This document shows positions 1-13,289 of a stretch of DNA of 64,000 bases, piece by piece. The stretch is from contig OZ024740.1 in the NCBI GenBank assembly GCA_964016885.1, positions 75,206,001 to 75,270,000 on the forward strand. The letters are read 5' to 3'. How positions within the stretch are numbered: the stretch's first letter is position 1; each line of letters starts with the position of its first letter. Position numbers and translations under genes: made by a program. Below the pieces are notes generated by a model, which saw nothing but the letters and a program-made list of their open reading frames with translations, was not told where the DNA came from and made no database searches. This DNA comes from Eledone cirrhosa. Lineage: Eukaryota.

Positions 1-230
1 TTGCCAATATAGGTTTGTTTTTATTGATTTATTATTTTAAATCGAGACAGGCAAACTGTATTATTTTAATTAGTATTTTTCAATCTAGCTAACTTGGTCA
101 TTTGCAATACAAACACTTATATACTTGTATTAGTGTTTTCACTATCATATATTCATTTGTATTACACGGCTCAGAAATATCCCTTTCTTTGAGGTATTTA
201 ATTGTAAAAGACTATTTGAGTTTATAACTC

Positions 231-302
<72 letters not shown>

Positions 303-309
<7 letters not shown>

Positions 310-721
310 TCCGTTATACATATTTCACTCAGGACTATCAGTTAAGATAGACTGAGCTCTTCAGACAGCAAAACCTAAAATAAACATTGAGAGTTCCTGA
401 GAAAACCTTAAATTTGGAAAAATCCAATATACATATATGTATATATATACATATATATATACATATATGTATACAGGGGCCGGCCGTCGAAGAAACAACA
501 CCACGCGTTCGGCCGGCCCCCTGTATCATGAAAAGAAACTCTTTTTCAGAGAAATAATTGGATTTTTACAAATTTAAGGTTTTCTTAGGAACTCTCAATG
601 TTTATTTTAGGTTTTGCCGTCTGAAGAGCTCAGTCTATCTTAACTGATAGTCCTCAGTGAAATATGTATAATGGAGTTTTAAATAAACCAGAATCAACTG
701 AATTTGGCCTCCGATCTTTTA

Positions 722-725
<4 letters not shown>
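303..725 (+). mobile_element. Short fold-back PLE-derived element between (TA)n arrays: inverted arms ~303-428 / ~556-681, unique tail 682-725
   Basis: Arms are reverse complements (AAAACTCCGTTATACATATTTCAC.../...GTGAAATATGTATAATGGAGTTTT). Each carries an HHR, and the element is flanked by (TA)n. Confidence 0.8.
617..674 (+). ncRNA. Type I hammerhead ribozyme (inverted copy at 311-368, minus)
   Basis: CCGT-CTGAAGA-stem II (GCTCAG..CTATC/GATAG..CT(C/G)AGT)-GAAA-TATGTATA-ATGG: conserved CUGANGA/GAAA core, short stem III, AUA cleavage triplet. Confidence 0.75.
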
Positions 726-796
<71 letters not shown>

Positions 797-1127
797 ACGT
801 TCAATCATTTGGCAGGAAGGTATACGGTGCTGCCGATAGCTAATAAGCTTGAAACTAGTTCATCGTTCCTTTGTCAGTGTTGAACAGCAGGGCGACGATG
901 GTTGCCGAACACTGTACGGCTTAATTCGGGCTGTTCGTTTACAAACAAACCGAACATTATAATAAATGTTCGGTAAACCCATACGTACATATATATATAT
1001 ATGTGCATGTATGTATATATATACATACTACTGTATGTCTGTATACATATATGTATGTACGTATACATACATACATTTAAGTATCAGCCGTACTAAGAGT
1101 GAGAAATGAAATTTCATTTCATTCTTT

Positions 1128-1281
<154 letters not shown>

Positions 1282-1282
1282 C

Positions 1283-1313
<31 letters not shown>

Positions 1314-2464
1314 ATATAATAAATAACAAAGAACGCCTATAGCATATGCATATCTTTACTTGCTAACATTGTTTCATCCGCACTATAAGTGGGACTCATC
1401 AGAGCATAAAGGTTAATTACATACCATACAAGCAATAACAAATCCAAGACATTGAAGAATGAAAGGTAATAATAGACGATAAAGGATAAGAATAAAAATA
1501 AAAATAAAACTAAAAATAAAAATTAAAATAAAAATAAAAATAAGGGGTGCTATCAGTCACAGTTGGGCGGGGTGCTGTCAACATATAGTTACATACAAGC
1601 ATACACATGGATAAGAGAACAGACAAGAGTAGACACATGGATAAGAGAACAGACAAGAGTAGATAAGATAATGGGATTAGGTAAGAGTAGGTAAAAAATA
1701 GGTAAAAAATAGGTGAAAAACAGACTTATAATATATATAAAACGAAATACAAAGAAATACATAACAAACTTACATATAAAATATAGGGTAAGGAATGAGA
1801 TAAAATAATATAAAATTAAAAATTAAAAATTATATACATAGAACATAATATAATATAATCGTAAAATAAGATAAAATAAGGTAAACTAAAATCAAATAAC
1901 ATATACTAAATTAAAATAATATAATATAAGATATAATTAAATGTATAATTAAATGTAATTAAATGTAATTAAATAAATAAATAAATAAATAAATAGATAA
2001 ATAAATATATAAATAAATAAAAATTAAATAAATAAATAAAATTAAAATTAAAATTTTAAAATTAAAATTTAAATTTAAATTTAAATAAATAAATAAATAA
2101 ATAAATGGAGTCAAGTAAGTAAATAAATAAAATTAGATAACATGAAATGAAATAAAATAAAATGAAATAAAGTAAATTGAGATAAGATATATATTTTTTT
2201 AGAATATATCTCTTGAATATATCAGGGGCCCACGAAGGCACTAAGTGTCACAGTTATGTGTATCACTTGACCAATTTTTTAAAATATATTTCTTGAAAAC
2301 ATCAGGGGCCCACGAAGGCACTAAGTGTCACAGTCACCAGTATCACTTGACCATTGCAAGGCAATGGATGCGTCCCAGGTTGGGCAGTCTCGAAAGTTCA
2401 CTCGAAAGTCATGGGTGTGCATTCACACAGTTGAGCGGTGGGGTAATCACAAACCGGTTCACAC

Positions 2465-3726
2465 CGTACCATAAGCCCAATGAATTGCTGACTTACGTGA
2501 ATACCAACTCCAACCACCCTAGGTCTGTCATCAGCAGTATACTGAAGGGCGTATCTAACAGAATAAGTTCACTCTCACATAGTGAGGAGGCGTTTGACTC
2601 GCAGGCTGATTACTATAACGACGCCTTAGCTAGATCCGGCTTTAGGGACAAATTGTATTACACCCAGGGAAATAATGGTCCTAATAGTAGCTCTACCAGT
2701 GTTGTTATAACACATAATATGTCCATTGGTAATCGAGGTGTCGCGAATGGGAGGGTTCTAAATGCCGGTGGAATGAAACAGCAGGGCACCATTAGTCTAA
2801 GTAATAACAATAGAGGTGTCGTGAACGGGAGGTTTCTAGATGCCGGTGGAATGAACCAGCAGGGCACCATTAGTCTAAGTAATAGCAATGGTAGGCCTCG
2901 CAGCTCCCCGCATAGACTAGGTGAGCATAGGAACCGTAGAAATAATAATGCTAATAATACTGATGGAAATAGAAAGAATAAAAAGAATAGAAGAAGATTG
3001 AATACATACTTCAACCCCCCTTTTAATTCTGAAGTGGCTATAAATATTCCTAGGGCCTTCTTCTCTGTGCTAGAACGGAACTTCCCTCCTGGTAATAGGT
3101 ACCACTCTATCCTCAATAAGAATGTTGTTAAACTTTCGTATTCTACAACCCAAAATCTGGCCTCTCATCTGGCCATTACTAATAATAAGAAAATAAAGGA
3201 AGGCCTGGACAACCTAAGCCTAGGGGAAAACACGGTAGTGGATAGAGTGGGCAGAAACACTGGTGGTGATCTTTCTGAGAATAGCATCACCAGAGGTTGT
3301 AACTGTAGAAGGGCTTCAGGCTGCCCCCTGAATGGTTTCTGCCTTGTTAGAAACATAGTTTATGCGTGTGATGTGGTAACTACGGCGTCCACTATGACCT
3401 ATATAGGATCAACTTCCACCCCCTTTAAGACCAGGTTTAACTCTCATCAATGCACTTTTAGACATAATAAACTGAGGAACTCCACCTCCTTGGCGGCGTA
3501 CGTCCATAATTTAAAAAATGCACGAACACCTTACACACTTACTTGGCGGCAGGTTGCTAAATCCCATCCATATACTCCTCATAGTAGAGTATGTAACCTG
3601 TGCCTTGCCGAATCCCACTCTATTATATTTGCTAAATGCCCTCTACTAAATAGAAAGTCTGAAATTTTTTCCTCTTGCCCCCACCGAATATTAAGCTCTT
3701 TCTTCTACTTTAAACCTGTTAGCTAG
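2465..3726 (+). pseudogene. C-terminal part of PLE ORF: RT thumb, linker and GIY-YIG endonuclease (uninterrupted frame, RT core missing)
   Basis: PYHKPNELLTYVNTNSNHP (PLE thumb); YFNPPFN; CNCRRASGCPLNGFCL; IVY...TYIGST..FKTRFNSH; CNLCLAE...LNRKSE...CPH. The Cys pattern matches Naiad-type PLE endonucleases as I recall them. Confidence 0.9.
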
Positions 3727-5307
3727 CACGTCCTTATTCCTCCAGTTGGGCTGTCTTGTGTAACTGTCTCTGACTGTGTGTAACTGTCTCCTATTGTTGG
3801 TCGTCTATGTATACGAGTCTGTGAATGTATACGTATGCCTGTGGGAGGATATTGATCTTGATATTGGGGTGTGCAGGGGAGTGTATGTTAATAAGCACCC
3901 CTGTTTGGCACAGTGGATGTAACCCATCCACGTTGGCCTACCCACCATTAGTGCATTGGTGGACCTATCCTGACGTATATCTTGTTGATCTGTACCTCTG
4001 TATGCGCATGAGTTGTGATGTAATGTATTTATGTGAAGCGTGTACTGCGATTTAGGCTGCACTAGTGGAAATTTAGCCTGTAACTGTGGGCGGACCCCTG
4101 CCATCCTGCCGTAAGCAGTGGATACGTGGCGCATATACGTGTTGCCCTCATATTCTGTGGTTCAAGATCTACAGGCTGACCTCTGGGAGCTCTTACCCGG
4201 GGTTGTAGTCTTTCTAGCACGATCGGCCTTCCATATATTGACGGTCGTTTTTATGATCCCGAAAGTAACGTTTTGGCCCCGATGGCCCTCCGTAGTTACT
4301 AACGGTCTGTGTACACTCGAATCGGTCAATGGCACGTGCAGACATGAATATCTCCGTAGGATTTCAACTTTATTTTACATCTCATCGTATGTATTTGTTT
4401 TGAATATATTACCTGTGGTGGTGGGTCTGGTCTAATGTGGTATTTCGGTGTTTAATATCGTATTTAATATCGGCTTTGACCCGGGTGTCCTACGCTGTGT
4501 GTGTGTGCGTGTGTGTCCGTGTATACATTTATATGTGTATGGGTGTAGGTGGTTATATGTGTCTGTATATATAAAAAAAAATATATATATATATATGTAT
4601 ACCGTCTCTGCATATGCATGTGGTGTGTATACGTGCATATACGTGCTGAACATATTGATGTGTACAATCTTGTGATGTCCCAATGCGGTGACTTAATGGC
4701 TCTTGAAGCTATTTTTTATATATCTTCTGTCTTTTTATATATATTTTGTATGCGCTACAACTGTGTCTGCTTGCTTTAACCCGCCTCACCTCGCTTGCTA
4801 ATGCACGTGAATTCTTCTACCTCCTTCGATGCACCTCTCTCTGACCATTGGACTCCGGCCCGTGTGTGAACCGGTTTGCGATTACCCCACCGCTCAACTG
4901 TGTGAATGCACACCCATGACTTTCGAGTGAACTTTCGAGACTGCCCAACCTGGGACGCATCCATTGCCTTGCAATGGTCAAGTGATACTGGTGACTGTGA
5001 CACTTAGTGCCTTCGTGGGCCCCTGATGTTTTCAAGAAATATATTTTAAAAAATTGGTCAAGTGATACACATAACTGTGACACTTAGTGCCTTCGTGGGC
5101 CCCTGATATATTCAAGAGATATATTCTAAAAAAATATATATCTTATCTCAATTTACTTTATTTCATTTTATTTTATTTCATTTCATGTTATCTAATTTTA
5201 TTTATTTACTTACTTGACTCCCTTTATTTATTTATTTATTTATTTAAATTTAAATTTAAATTTTAATTTTAAAATTTAAATTTTAATTTTATTTATTTAT
5301 TTAATTT

Positions 5308-5351
<44 letters not shown>

Positions 5352-5902
5352 TTACATTTAATTACATTTAATTATACATTTAATTATATCTTATATTATA
5401 TTATTTTAATTTAGTATATGTTATTTGATTTTAGTTTACCTTATTTTATCTTATTTTACGATTATATTATATTATGTTCTATGTATATAATTTTTAATTT
5501 TTAATTTTATATTATTTTATCTCATTCCTTACCCTATATTTTATATGTAAGTTTGTTATGTATTTCTTTGTATTTCTTTTTATATATATTATAAGTCTGT
5601 TTTTCACCTATTTTTTACCTATTTTTTACCTACTCTTACCTAATCCCATTATCTTATCTACTCTTGTCTGTTCTCTTATCCATGTGTCTACTCTTGTCTG
5701 TTCTCTTATCCATGTGTATGCTTGTATGTAACTATATGTTGACAGCACCCCGCCCAACTGTGACTGATAGCACCCCTTATTTTTATTTTTATTTTTATTT
5801 TTACTTTTATTTTTATTTTTATTCTTATCCTTTATCGTCTATTATTACCTTTCATTCTTCAATGTCTTGGATTTGTTATTGCTTGTATGGTATGTAATTA
5901 AC

Positions 5903-5960
5903 CTTTATGCTCTGATGAGTCCCACTTATAGTGCGGATGAAACAATGTTAGCAAGTAAAG
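5903..5960 (+). ncRNA. Type I hammerhead ribozyme of the PLE 3' region (inverted copy at 1354-1411, minus)
   Basis: CTTTATGCT-CTGATGA-GTCCCACT tat AGTGCGGAT-GAAA-CAATGTT-AGCAAGTAAAG. Stem I TGCT/AGCA plus a distal helix; GUU triplet. Confidence 0.88.
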
Positions 5961-6122
5961 ATATGCATATGCTATAGGCGTTCTTTGTTATTTATTATAT
6001 TACGGCTCTGTCCTCAGACATTGAGCTAACCTCATTCTGCCTGCTGGATAAGTGGAGTGTTATACACCCCTGATCCTTTCCCTAGCATACTATATATATA
6101 TATATATATGTATATAAATATA

Positions 6123-6169
<47 letters not shown>

Positions 6170-6183
6170 GTACACACACACAC

Positions 6184-6273
<90 letters not shown>

Positions 6274-6524
6274 GTTGATTTAAAACTGCACTATCCACAA
6301 GTGTTTTTCAGCCTTCATATCATGTTCTCCTGTTTTATCTGATGAAAACACAAATATTATTGCATGATGATGTTTGTTTTTGAAATGCGCATAATAAAAA
6401 ATACATGGAACTCCTTTAACCATCTTTTGATCTTATATTATGCATACTCCAGTCCTACAAACTGTAGAGTGCTTCTTATCCGATATCTGCATTGCTTTAT
6501 TGTACTACAATAAAACTCACCTCC

Positions 6525-6651
<127 letters not shown>

Positions 6652-7679
6652 TCATATGTAGTTATTGGTTGTGTCAGGTTAACCTTCATATTTTGACACC
6701 CGTATTTAAGTACGTGTAAACCACCTCCTAAATACGATATGCTCGGCAGAGTGAATCATCAGTTTCGAACATATATATATATATATATATATATAAAGAG
6801 AGAGAGGTGGGAGGAATGAAAGTGACTAATTGAGTGAGTTACTAGATTATACAGATGTATGCTACATTGATTTTCCTGGTTTATCTCATGATTCTGAACA
6901 CATGACTGTCGTGCTTCAATTACCAAGAGCACTATCTCTTGTTTCCTGCTCTACACACTATGTACGTATGTATCCATGGTTCAACAACTCTATTCAATTG
7001 ATATATCCAGTTGAACACTCAGTAAACACTCGCCTTTTCATCTCAGATTATAATTCTCCTCCTCATACCAACCGTTAAGACAAAGGATTAGGTGTGTATG
7101 TCGCACTGAAAATGTCACTGATCCTCATATTTGGGACACCATTACTTAAATAACTCTGCTTACTCACTCATTTTCTTTGTCCTTCCCCACTTTATCTCTT
7201 CCATTGATTATAATTTAGCTGATTATTACAGAGCAGTTCTATAAGTTATACATAACCAATTCTGTAAAGTCATTGATAGATTACCTATAATCATAAGCAT
7301 AAGCACATTCCAGATAATAACAATACTATGATCTGTAAATTCTGTTAAGACATTCTTACGCACTATTTGTTATGCTCCAGTATGTTTTTATCTTGAACAT
7401 ATTTATCAACCTTTTGCATTTTTATGCATGATTTCCAAGACATGTCTAATTCCTCTTTAAAGAAAGTAAATTCTATGTATTTATCAACCAATGAATAATA
7501 AAGATAATATCAAAATAATTTAAATATCAAAATAGAAACTTTTCTCTCTTTCTATAAGGAAACAATAAAGTACAAATAGGAAGCAAACTCTACAAAAGAA
7601 AACAGGTTTAGATAAGAACAGAACAGCTGAAAATATTTAAAATCCAAAAGACAAACTCGAAACGGAATTGCGAAATATA

Positions 7680-8400
7680 ATAAAGAAAAATGGAGAGAAA
7701 AACCATTCCATGTTGAATACCCTGTAAAACTTGATAGAGAAGTTAGCGAGAAGAATGATTGGATGGGTTTGTACTAAAAACAGATATAGACGGCCTAATT
7801 TAAGTTACGCAGAATTAATGCTTATAATTATATAATTATAATAACTAAATAATGAAAAAAAAAATTCTGACATCAATTTTAGATGGTTGGATGAGACAAT
7901 TGACTACATCATCTCTGACTGCCCAGTACTTGTAAAATCCTAATAAATTCACAAACGATTAAATCAACAACTATGTTCTCTGGGCAATATGTGGATACTT
8001 CGACATGATAACGGATAAAGACATACAAACATGTGCCCAACTCAGTTCTTCATAACGACCTGACCATAATCATCTGCAATATGCTTGTTCTGACTGACAA
8101 GAAAATCAAGAAAAATCAATCAGATAAAATGATCATGGGCAAGGGCGTAAATCACTGTACTTTGATAGATAACCTGGTCCCTTCTGATTAAAACATGGCG
8201 CAGTGAGTTCAAGAAAGCGTCAAACTACAAGGATCTTGAAACTGAAATACACAGAATTTGTGGTATGAAGGTAAAAACAGTACCAATAATTAGACTACAA
8301 GGTACATTAAAGAAGAAGAAAAAAAACAAGCATAAAACAAGCATAAAACTACTACAGGAGTCATAACTATAAGTAGACCTTCACTAGATCGCAAATGTAT
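7680..8400 (+). mobile_element. Degenerate R4/Dong-like non-LTR retrotransposon 3' end (Zn knuckle plus restriction-like endonuclease)
   Basis: Frameshifted remnants WREKPFH, ETIDYIISDCPVL, LWAICGY, TDKKI..NQSD, CTLID..VPSD, YKDLETEIHR. Confidence 0.7.
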
Positions 8401-8910
8401 GCGGACCAGATGAAAATATCGGAAAAAAGTGCCGAACACTTGACGAGCACCGTGAACTGAATTTTTTTATTATGACTTGAGCAGAGTTATATGCCTGAGG
8501 TTATGACATATAATTCTTTCTCTTGCACATTAAAACCAAAAGTTCTTATATAAAATCAGTTCGGACACTTTTTCTTTAAGTCTAGAAGTAAAATATTTCA
8601 TACGTTAATGGATTTAACACTAATTTTAGAGGTAATGATGCTGTTATCATCATCTTATCATCTCTATATAAATGTCTTCTTTATACAGATTGTTATTAAT
8701 ACATACTTTCATTATAGTATGTTTCTGATTATTAATTAAGACGCTCTACAAATTGTTTGTATCACATTTTAAACGCCAATTACAAGATGAAAACACACAC
8801 ACAAACACACACACACAAACACGCACACACACACACACACACGCACACGAACACACACACACACACACACAAACACACAAACACACATACACACACATAT
8901 ATATATATGT

Positions 8911-9104
8911 TATAAACAGTCGGGACCCGACGGCTGAGCACTTGCCGTTTCAACAGCTAGAGTCCTGGATCTAGCTGTTGAAACAGCAAAGTTTAGCCGT
9001 CGAGTCCCGACCCATTATAATATAGCCATACATACTTTTCTACGCCAAGTATCGAGTACTCTGTTGAGTAATGGCCTAATTAGTTTCAAACTGTTTCCAG
9101 CCAG

Positions 9105-9110
<6 letters not shown>
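8911..9110 (+). mobile_element. Mini fold-back element, diverged relative of the 28758-28962 family; tail ~9021-9110
   Basis: GTCGGGACCCGACGGCT...TTTCAACAGCTAGA / TCTAGCTGTTGAAAC...AGCCGTCGAGTCCCGAC; tail shares AAGTATCGAGTACT with the family. Confidence 0.75.
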
Positions 9111-9151
<41 letters not shown>

Positions 9152-9542
9152 CCCGATCGGAGGACAGCATTGTATCAGATTCCAGTTGCTTATCAATCAC
9201 TTTACCGAGTCGGCCGTCACAAGCAGCAGTCATAGCCGGCATGGACTGGATTCGAATTCTGTCGTCGATTGGTTATTGATTAGACGATACCCGCTGATGA
9301 AGCCACATGCGCCGATTATGCATTGTTGCATAATATATTCAGGCAGAGGGTGCGGTGCACCCTACTGCTGCATTAAGTGTGGCCGAAACTCGAGTTCGGG
9401 AACTACTATAGGTACCCGTTTCGTGTGTTGTATTGAAGCGAATAACTATGTGTATACTCTGGGAGTGTATTTTACATTACTTATTGAGTACGCTGAGATG
9501 CAACCGGTTCTGGCATTGATACATATGCTGGGTCCGTCAACT

Positions 9543-9631
<89 letters not shown>

Positions 9632-9637
<6 letters not shown>

Positions 9638-10018
9638 TGTGTTCGATTCATAAATTTCTTTTATCTGTACACACTAAACGTTGTACTTCTTTATAAATTT
9701 TTAATATTTTTTTTTATTGGTGAATTTAGTTATAAAAGTCAATACTAATTTTATTTTCTAAAATCATGACAAAAAGAAAGAAAAGAACAAGGGGAGGGGG
9801 AGGGGGCTATACCTGCGCACACAATATGAGGAAAGACTGGCACAACAAGTAAATGATTAGTCAATATCTGGCATTTCGTTATCTTTAACTCCCCTGCGTT
9901 TGCGAGTGGCGACATTCGAGTTAGTGACCGACCTGATGAAGTTGGCACCAAAGAAAGTGCTGCAACATGTAGCGTCCCTGATAAGTGACCTAACCTCCTC
10001 AAACTAGAAAAGGGTTAT
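9632..10018. repeat. Interspersed repeat preceded by (TA)n(GA)n; second copy at ~15281-15612
   Basis: Direct similarity (CATGTGTTCGATT.ATAAAT...ACCTGCGCACACAATATGAGGAAAGACTGGCACAA). Confidence 0.75.
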
Positions 10019-10154
10019 CCCGACTGAGCGTTTACCGTCACCGCAGGGGTTCCTGTTGTGACAGGAACTCGGCCGCATCATGACTTAGAAAATAATTTGG
10101 TAACTTTATTTTACAATTTATTTTTATTCCGAAGCGCTTTAAATCTTCTAATGT

Positions 10155-10340
10155 TTGGCAGTATCGGTAGAGAGTCGGACGCAATGTTTTCCAGCATAGA
10201 ATTACGCCCTTTTACGGTCTGAGTTCAAATCCCACCAAGGTTAACTTTGCCTTTCATCCTTACGGGGTCGATAAAATAAAGCACCAGTAAATGCACTGGG
10301 ATAATTGTTGCCCCTGTGGCAAAAGTAGAAACAATTATTA
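10155..10340 (+). mobile_element. tRNA-derived SINE, major family. Other copies: ~10675-10889(-), 22050-22215(-), 34664-34855(+), 43790-43977(-), 44210-44430(+), 45090-45215(+), 46112-46318(+), 46410-46565(-), 51481-51750(+), 58703-58890(+), 59752-59965(+), 60625-60775(+), 63235-63380(-), 63790-63910(+)
   Basis: A box TGGCAGTATCGG, B box GAGTTCAAATCC, conserved core AACTTTGCCTTTCATCCTTACGGGGTCGATAAAATAAAGTACCAGT, many dispersed copies. Confidence 0.9.
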
Positions 10341-11617
10341 TTTTATCAATTTGTGAAATTTAGGTGTTATGGGCTTAGTTAAATACATTTATTCAAACTT
10401 TTCTACGAATTTATTTAAAGTTGTCCTTGGAGGTATTTAAGCACAGAACGTAATGAGCCAGTCCAAATACCTAACATCATTTTATCAGACGCTCTAACGT
10501 TCTTCTAATCCACCACTCTAATAACATTAATAATATCTGTAGCAATAATAGAAACATTTCCTTTCATTGACCACAAAGGTCCAAAACATGGGGATAACAA
10601 CACCAAGTGGGGTTTACATCAAGTAAAGGGAAGGAGACACCAACAAAGTGGAAACAATAGATATAACAAATAATGGTTTCTGATTTAGACACAAGGCCAG
10701 CAATTTTGGGGAAGGGAAAGTCGATTAAATCGCCCCAGTTCGTTACTGGTACTTTATTTTATCGACCTCGTAAGGATGAAAGGCAAAGCTAACCTAGGCG
10801 GGATTTGAACTCAGAACGAAAAGGGCCGTAACTCTATGCCACAAAGTATGGTGTCCGACGTTCTACCAATACTGCCAATCCACCGCCCTAGATATAGCAA
10901 ATAATAAATGGTAATGATAACAATACAAAATTATAACAAACATCAACTAGGAAAAAATCCCCAATAGATAGGAACGATCCTTTAGAGTAATTCTAGAAAA
11001 TATTTCCCACAAATATCCCGGATTACTCTGTTTGATCAAGGATATTGAATGTGCTCTCTCTTGGTTTCTTTTCTCCTGCTGGAAAAGCATAGACAATCAA
11101 GCCGATCTCGCCCACTATTTTCGAGAATTATATCCATTCACCGTTTGTCTGAGTCACTATTGATTCACCTTTTATTACGATGACCTTTCAAAACTTCTAT
11201 ACCTCCCTTATGTTTAACTACATTTCTTTTCCCGACACCTCCCAAATAACTTCACTTCCACCTCCACCACCAGCAATACAAAGGTCAGTTTTCAGTCACC
11301 ACGCACCACTCCCACAATCTAGACACACCGACACACTATTTATTTATTCATATATATATTCATTTACATTCAATTCCAAAATGACAAAAATATATATAAC
11401 ATCATAATGACAAAACGAGAAAAAAATGGTAAAGAATGGGGAGGAAGCAAACTCTACCCCAGAGATTCCCTGCCTGGGGTCCGCAAGCTAGAACTGGAGG
11501 TCGGTAAGCTAAGTTCAAATTTTCAAGAACTTTGTTTTAAAGAACATATATATTTACTATTGGGTATTCATTTTTTTATAGTGAATATAATCATTTCTTT
11601 CTTTTGATTGTTATTAA

Positions 11618-11694
<77 letters not shown>

Positions 11695-12060
11695 CGGAGA
11701 GAGCTAAAAGCGATACTCTGGCCAAATTCCAACTCACTCAACAACCATTAGGAAATATCTGAGTATATTCCCAATTAAACGTTTGGGGTGCTAACTATAT
11801 TGTATTATGTGGATAATTGGCTGTATTATTTCATATGAGATATATCAAATATATCAATTCCCAGACGACTCGTTTCATTATAAGATTTCTACAAGTTGGG
11901 TGAAATTATACCAAGTTATGTAGAAGCTTGTGTAAGATCAACAGATACTTATTCAAGTGGGCTCTTATAAATCTTCAGTGGGTGCCCAATAACATTAATA
12001 TTGAAAACCAAATCAATATCAATATTTAGTGATAATCACCATCAGTGCTTGAGGGGACTG
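11695..12060 (-). mobile_element. PLE-like 3' terminal fragment with HHR, adjacent to (TA)n; homologous to 29570-29900 (+)
   Basis: Shared blocks GGGGTGCTAACTATAT, CTACAAGTTGGG and CTTATAAATCTTCAGTGG in opposite orientation. Confidence 0.7.
11860..11982 (-). ncRNA. Hammerhead ribozyme with long branched stem II
   Basis: Minus strand: CCCA-CTGAAGA-TTTATAAG..~80 nt..CTTATAAT-GAAA-CGAGTCGTC-TGGG. Confidence 0.8.
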
Positions 12061-12110
12061 CTAGGTTGTTAGTCCAGCAGTTCTAAAGATAATTTATATA
12101 TATATATATA

Positions 12111-12408
12111 TCTACAGATATAAAACTGAGGATGTCTGTCTGTGTGTGTGTGAGTTTGAATCCCTAAAACTCGAGAACTAGCAAACCGACTGTTTTCAAA
12201 CTTTACACATGTAATACTTATGTTTCAGGGAATGTTCTGAGCAAAACAAATTTCAAATTTTCAATGCCCTAGGGAAAGCATTAGGTGATTTAGCGATCTC
12301 TCTCTATAATTCTTAGTCGTTCTCTTTTTAGATACATACATATAACGTCGCGCCCTTATAATATATGTCTGTATGTCTGCTGTCTGCATTACGTCACTTC
12401 CCTGAGGA

Positions 12409-12454
<46 letters not shown>

Positions 12455-13035
12455 TTTGAATCCCTAAAACTCGAGAAGTACCCAACCGACTTTTTTCAAA
12501 CTTTACATGTGTATTACTTATGTTTCAGGGAGTGTTATGCACATAAAAAATTCCACTTTTGATCCCCTGGAGCCCACATTAGGTGAAAAAATGCGTTTTT
12601 TCTGGTTTTTAGGGGTTTTTTTTAGTCGTTACGTCAGACTGATTTCCTTGAAATTGTAACTATGTATTAGTCAGTCTCTTCTTCATACCGTGAGCAAAGA
12701 AAACCCAACTTTTTTATGGCCTAGGGCCCGCCTTAGGTGAAAAACTTCTTTTTTCAGCTTTTTAGGGCTTTTTTGAGGCGTTACGTCTAGCCGATTTTCC
12801 CGAAATTTCAAGGCATATTATGCGCATTAAAAAAATTCATTTTCTTGATTCCCTAGGGCCCGCATTAGGTGAAAACCTGCATTTTTCCTGCTTCACCGAG
12901 GAAAATCTTAAAGATTATCCAGCCATCAGACTATTCGGTATATTGTCCACACATGCAGTTTTTCCACGATTAGGTCTGTTGGCGGCCCGCGTTCCAAAAT
13001 ACCTTATCCCGTGCAACGCCGAGTACCACTGCTAA
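12111..13035 (+). mobile_element. Non-autonomous Helitron
   Basis: 5' TC(TACAGATATAAAAC) after A; 3' hairpin CCCGTGCAACGCCG(A)G then ~10 nt then CTAA (degenerate CTAG); internal duplication 12127-12265 / 12403-12560. Confidence 0.7.
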
Positions 13036-13289
13036 TTATTAATATTCCTAACATAGGTATTGGGTCGTCACGTATGAAATTTGTAGAAATTTGTCTTTTT
13101 TTCTACAAATTTCATACTTGGCGACCCAATACAAGACCAGAAATAACAGTACTAGAACCCCCGTCACCCCCGCCACTAGCAACACCACCACTACCACCAC
13201 AACTACAAAAATACAATGCAAACATAAAAACAAAAGTAACAATAACAACATCAACAACAACAATAAAATAGTTGCTGTAACAGCTGCAA

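Larger units (their letters stand above)
1312..6090 (+). mobile_element. 5'-truncated Penelope-like element (Naiad-type) with ~1.15-kb inverted 3' duplication and 88-nt unique tail, inserted in (TA)n
   Basis: 1312-2464 is a near-identical reverse complement of 4864-6002. Coding remnant at 2465-3726, HHR in both arms, tail at 6003-6090, (TA)n on both sides. Confidence 0.92.

Noticed and set aside
2465-5110. Selenoprotein-type Naiad (in-frame UGA plus SECIS), with the 80-bp tandem repeat at 4970-5107 as a possible SECIS
   Set aside because: No in-frame TGA in the retained ORF and no convincing SECIS fold. The stop in the second Naiad fragment (~26065) is TAA.
9930-10015. CTGATGA motifs in the 9632/15281 repeat, and at ~49528, ~61625 and ~63194, as hammerheads
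   Set aside because: No consistent stem I/II/III with GAAA and NUH could be built.
10155-10240. tRNA genes suggested by A/B boxes
   Set aside because: These are SINE heads with no complete cloverleaf, always followed by the SINE core.
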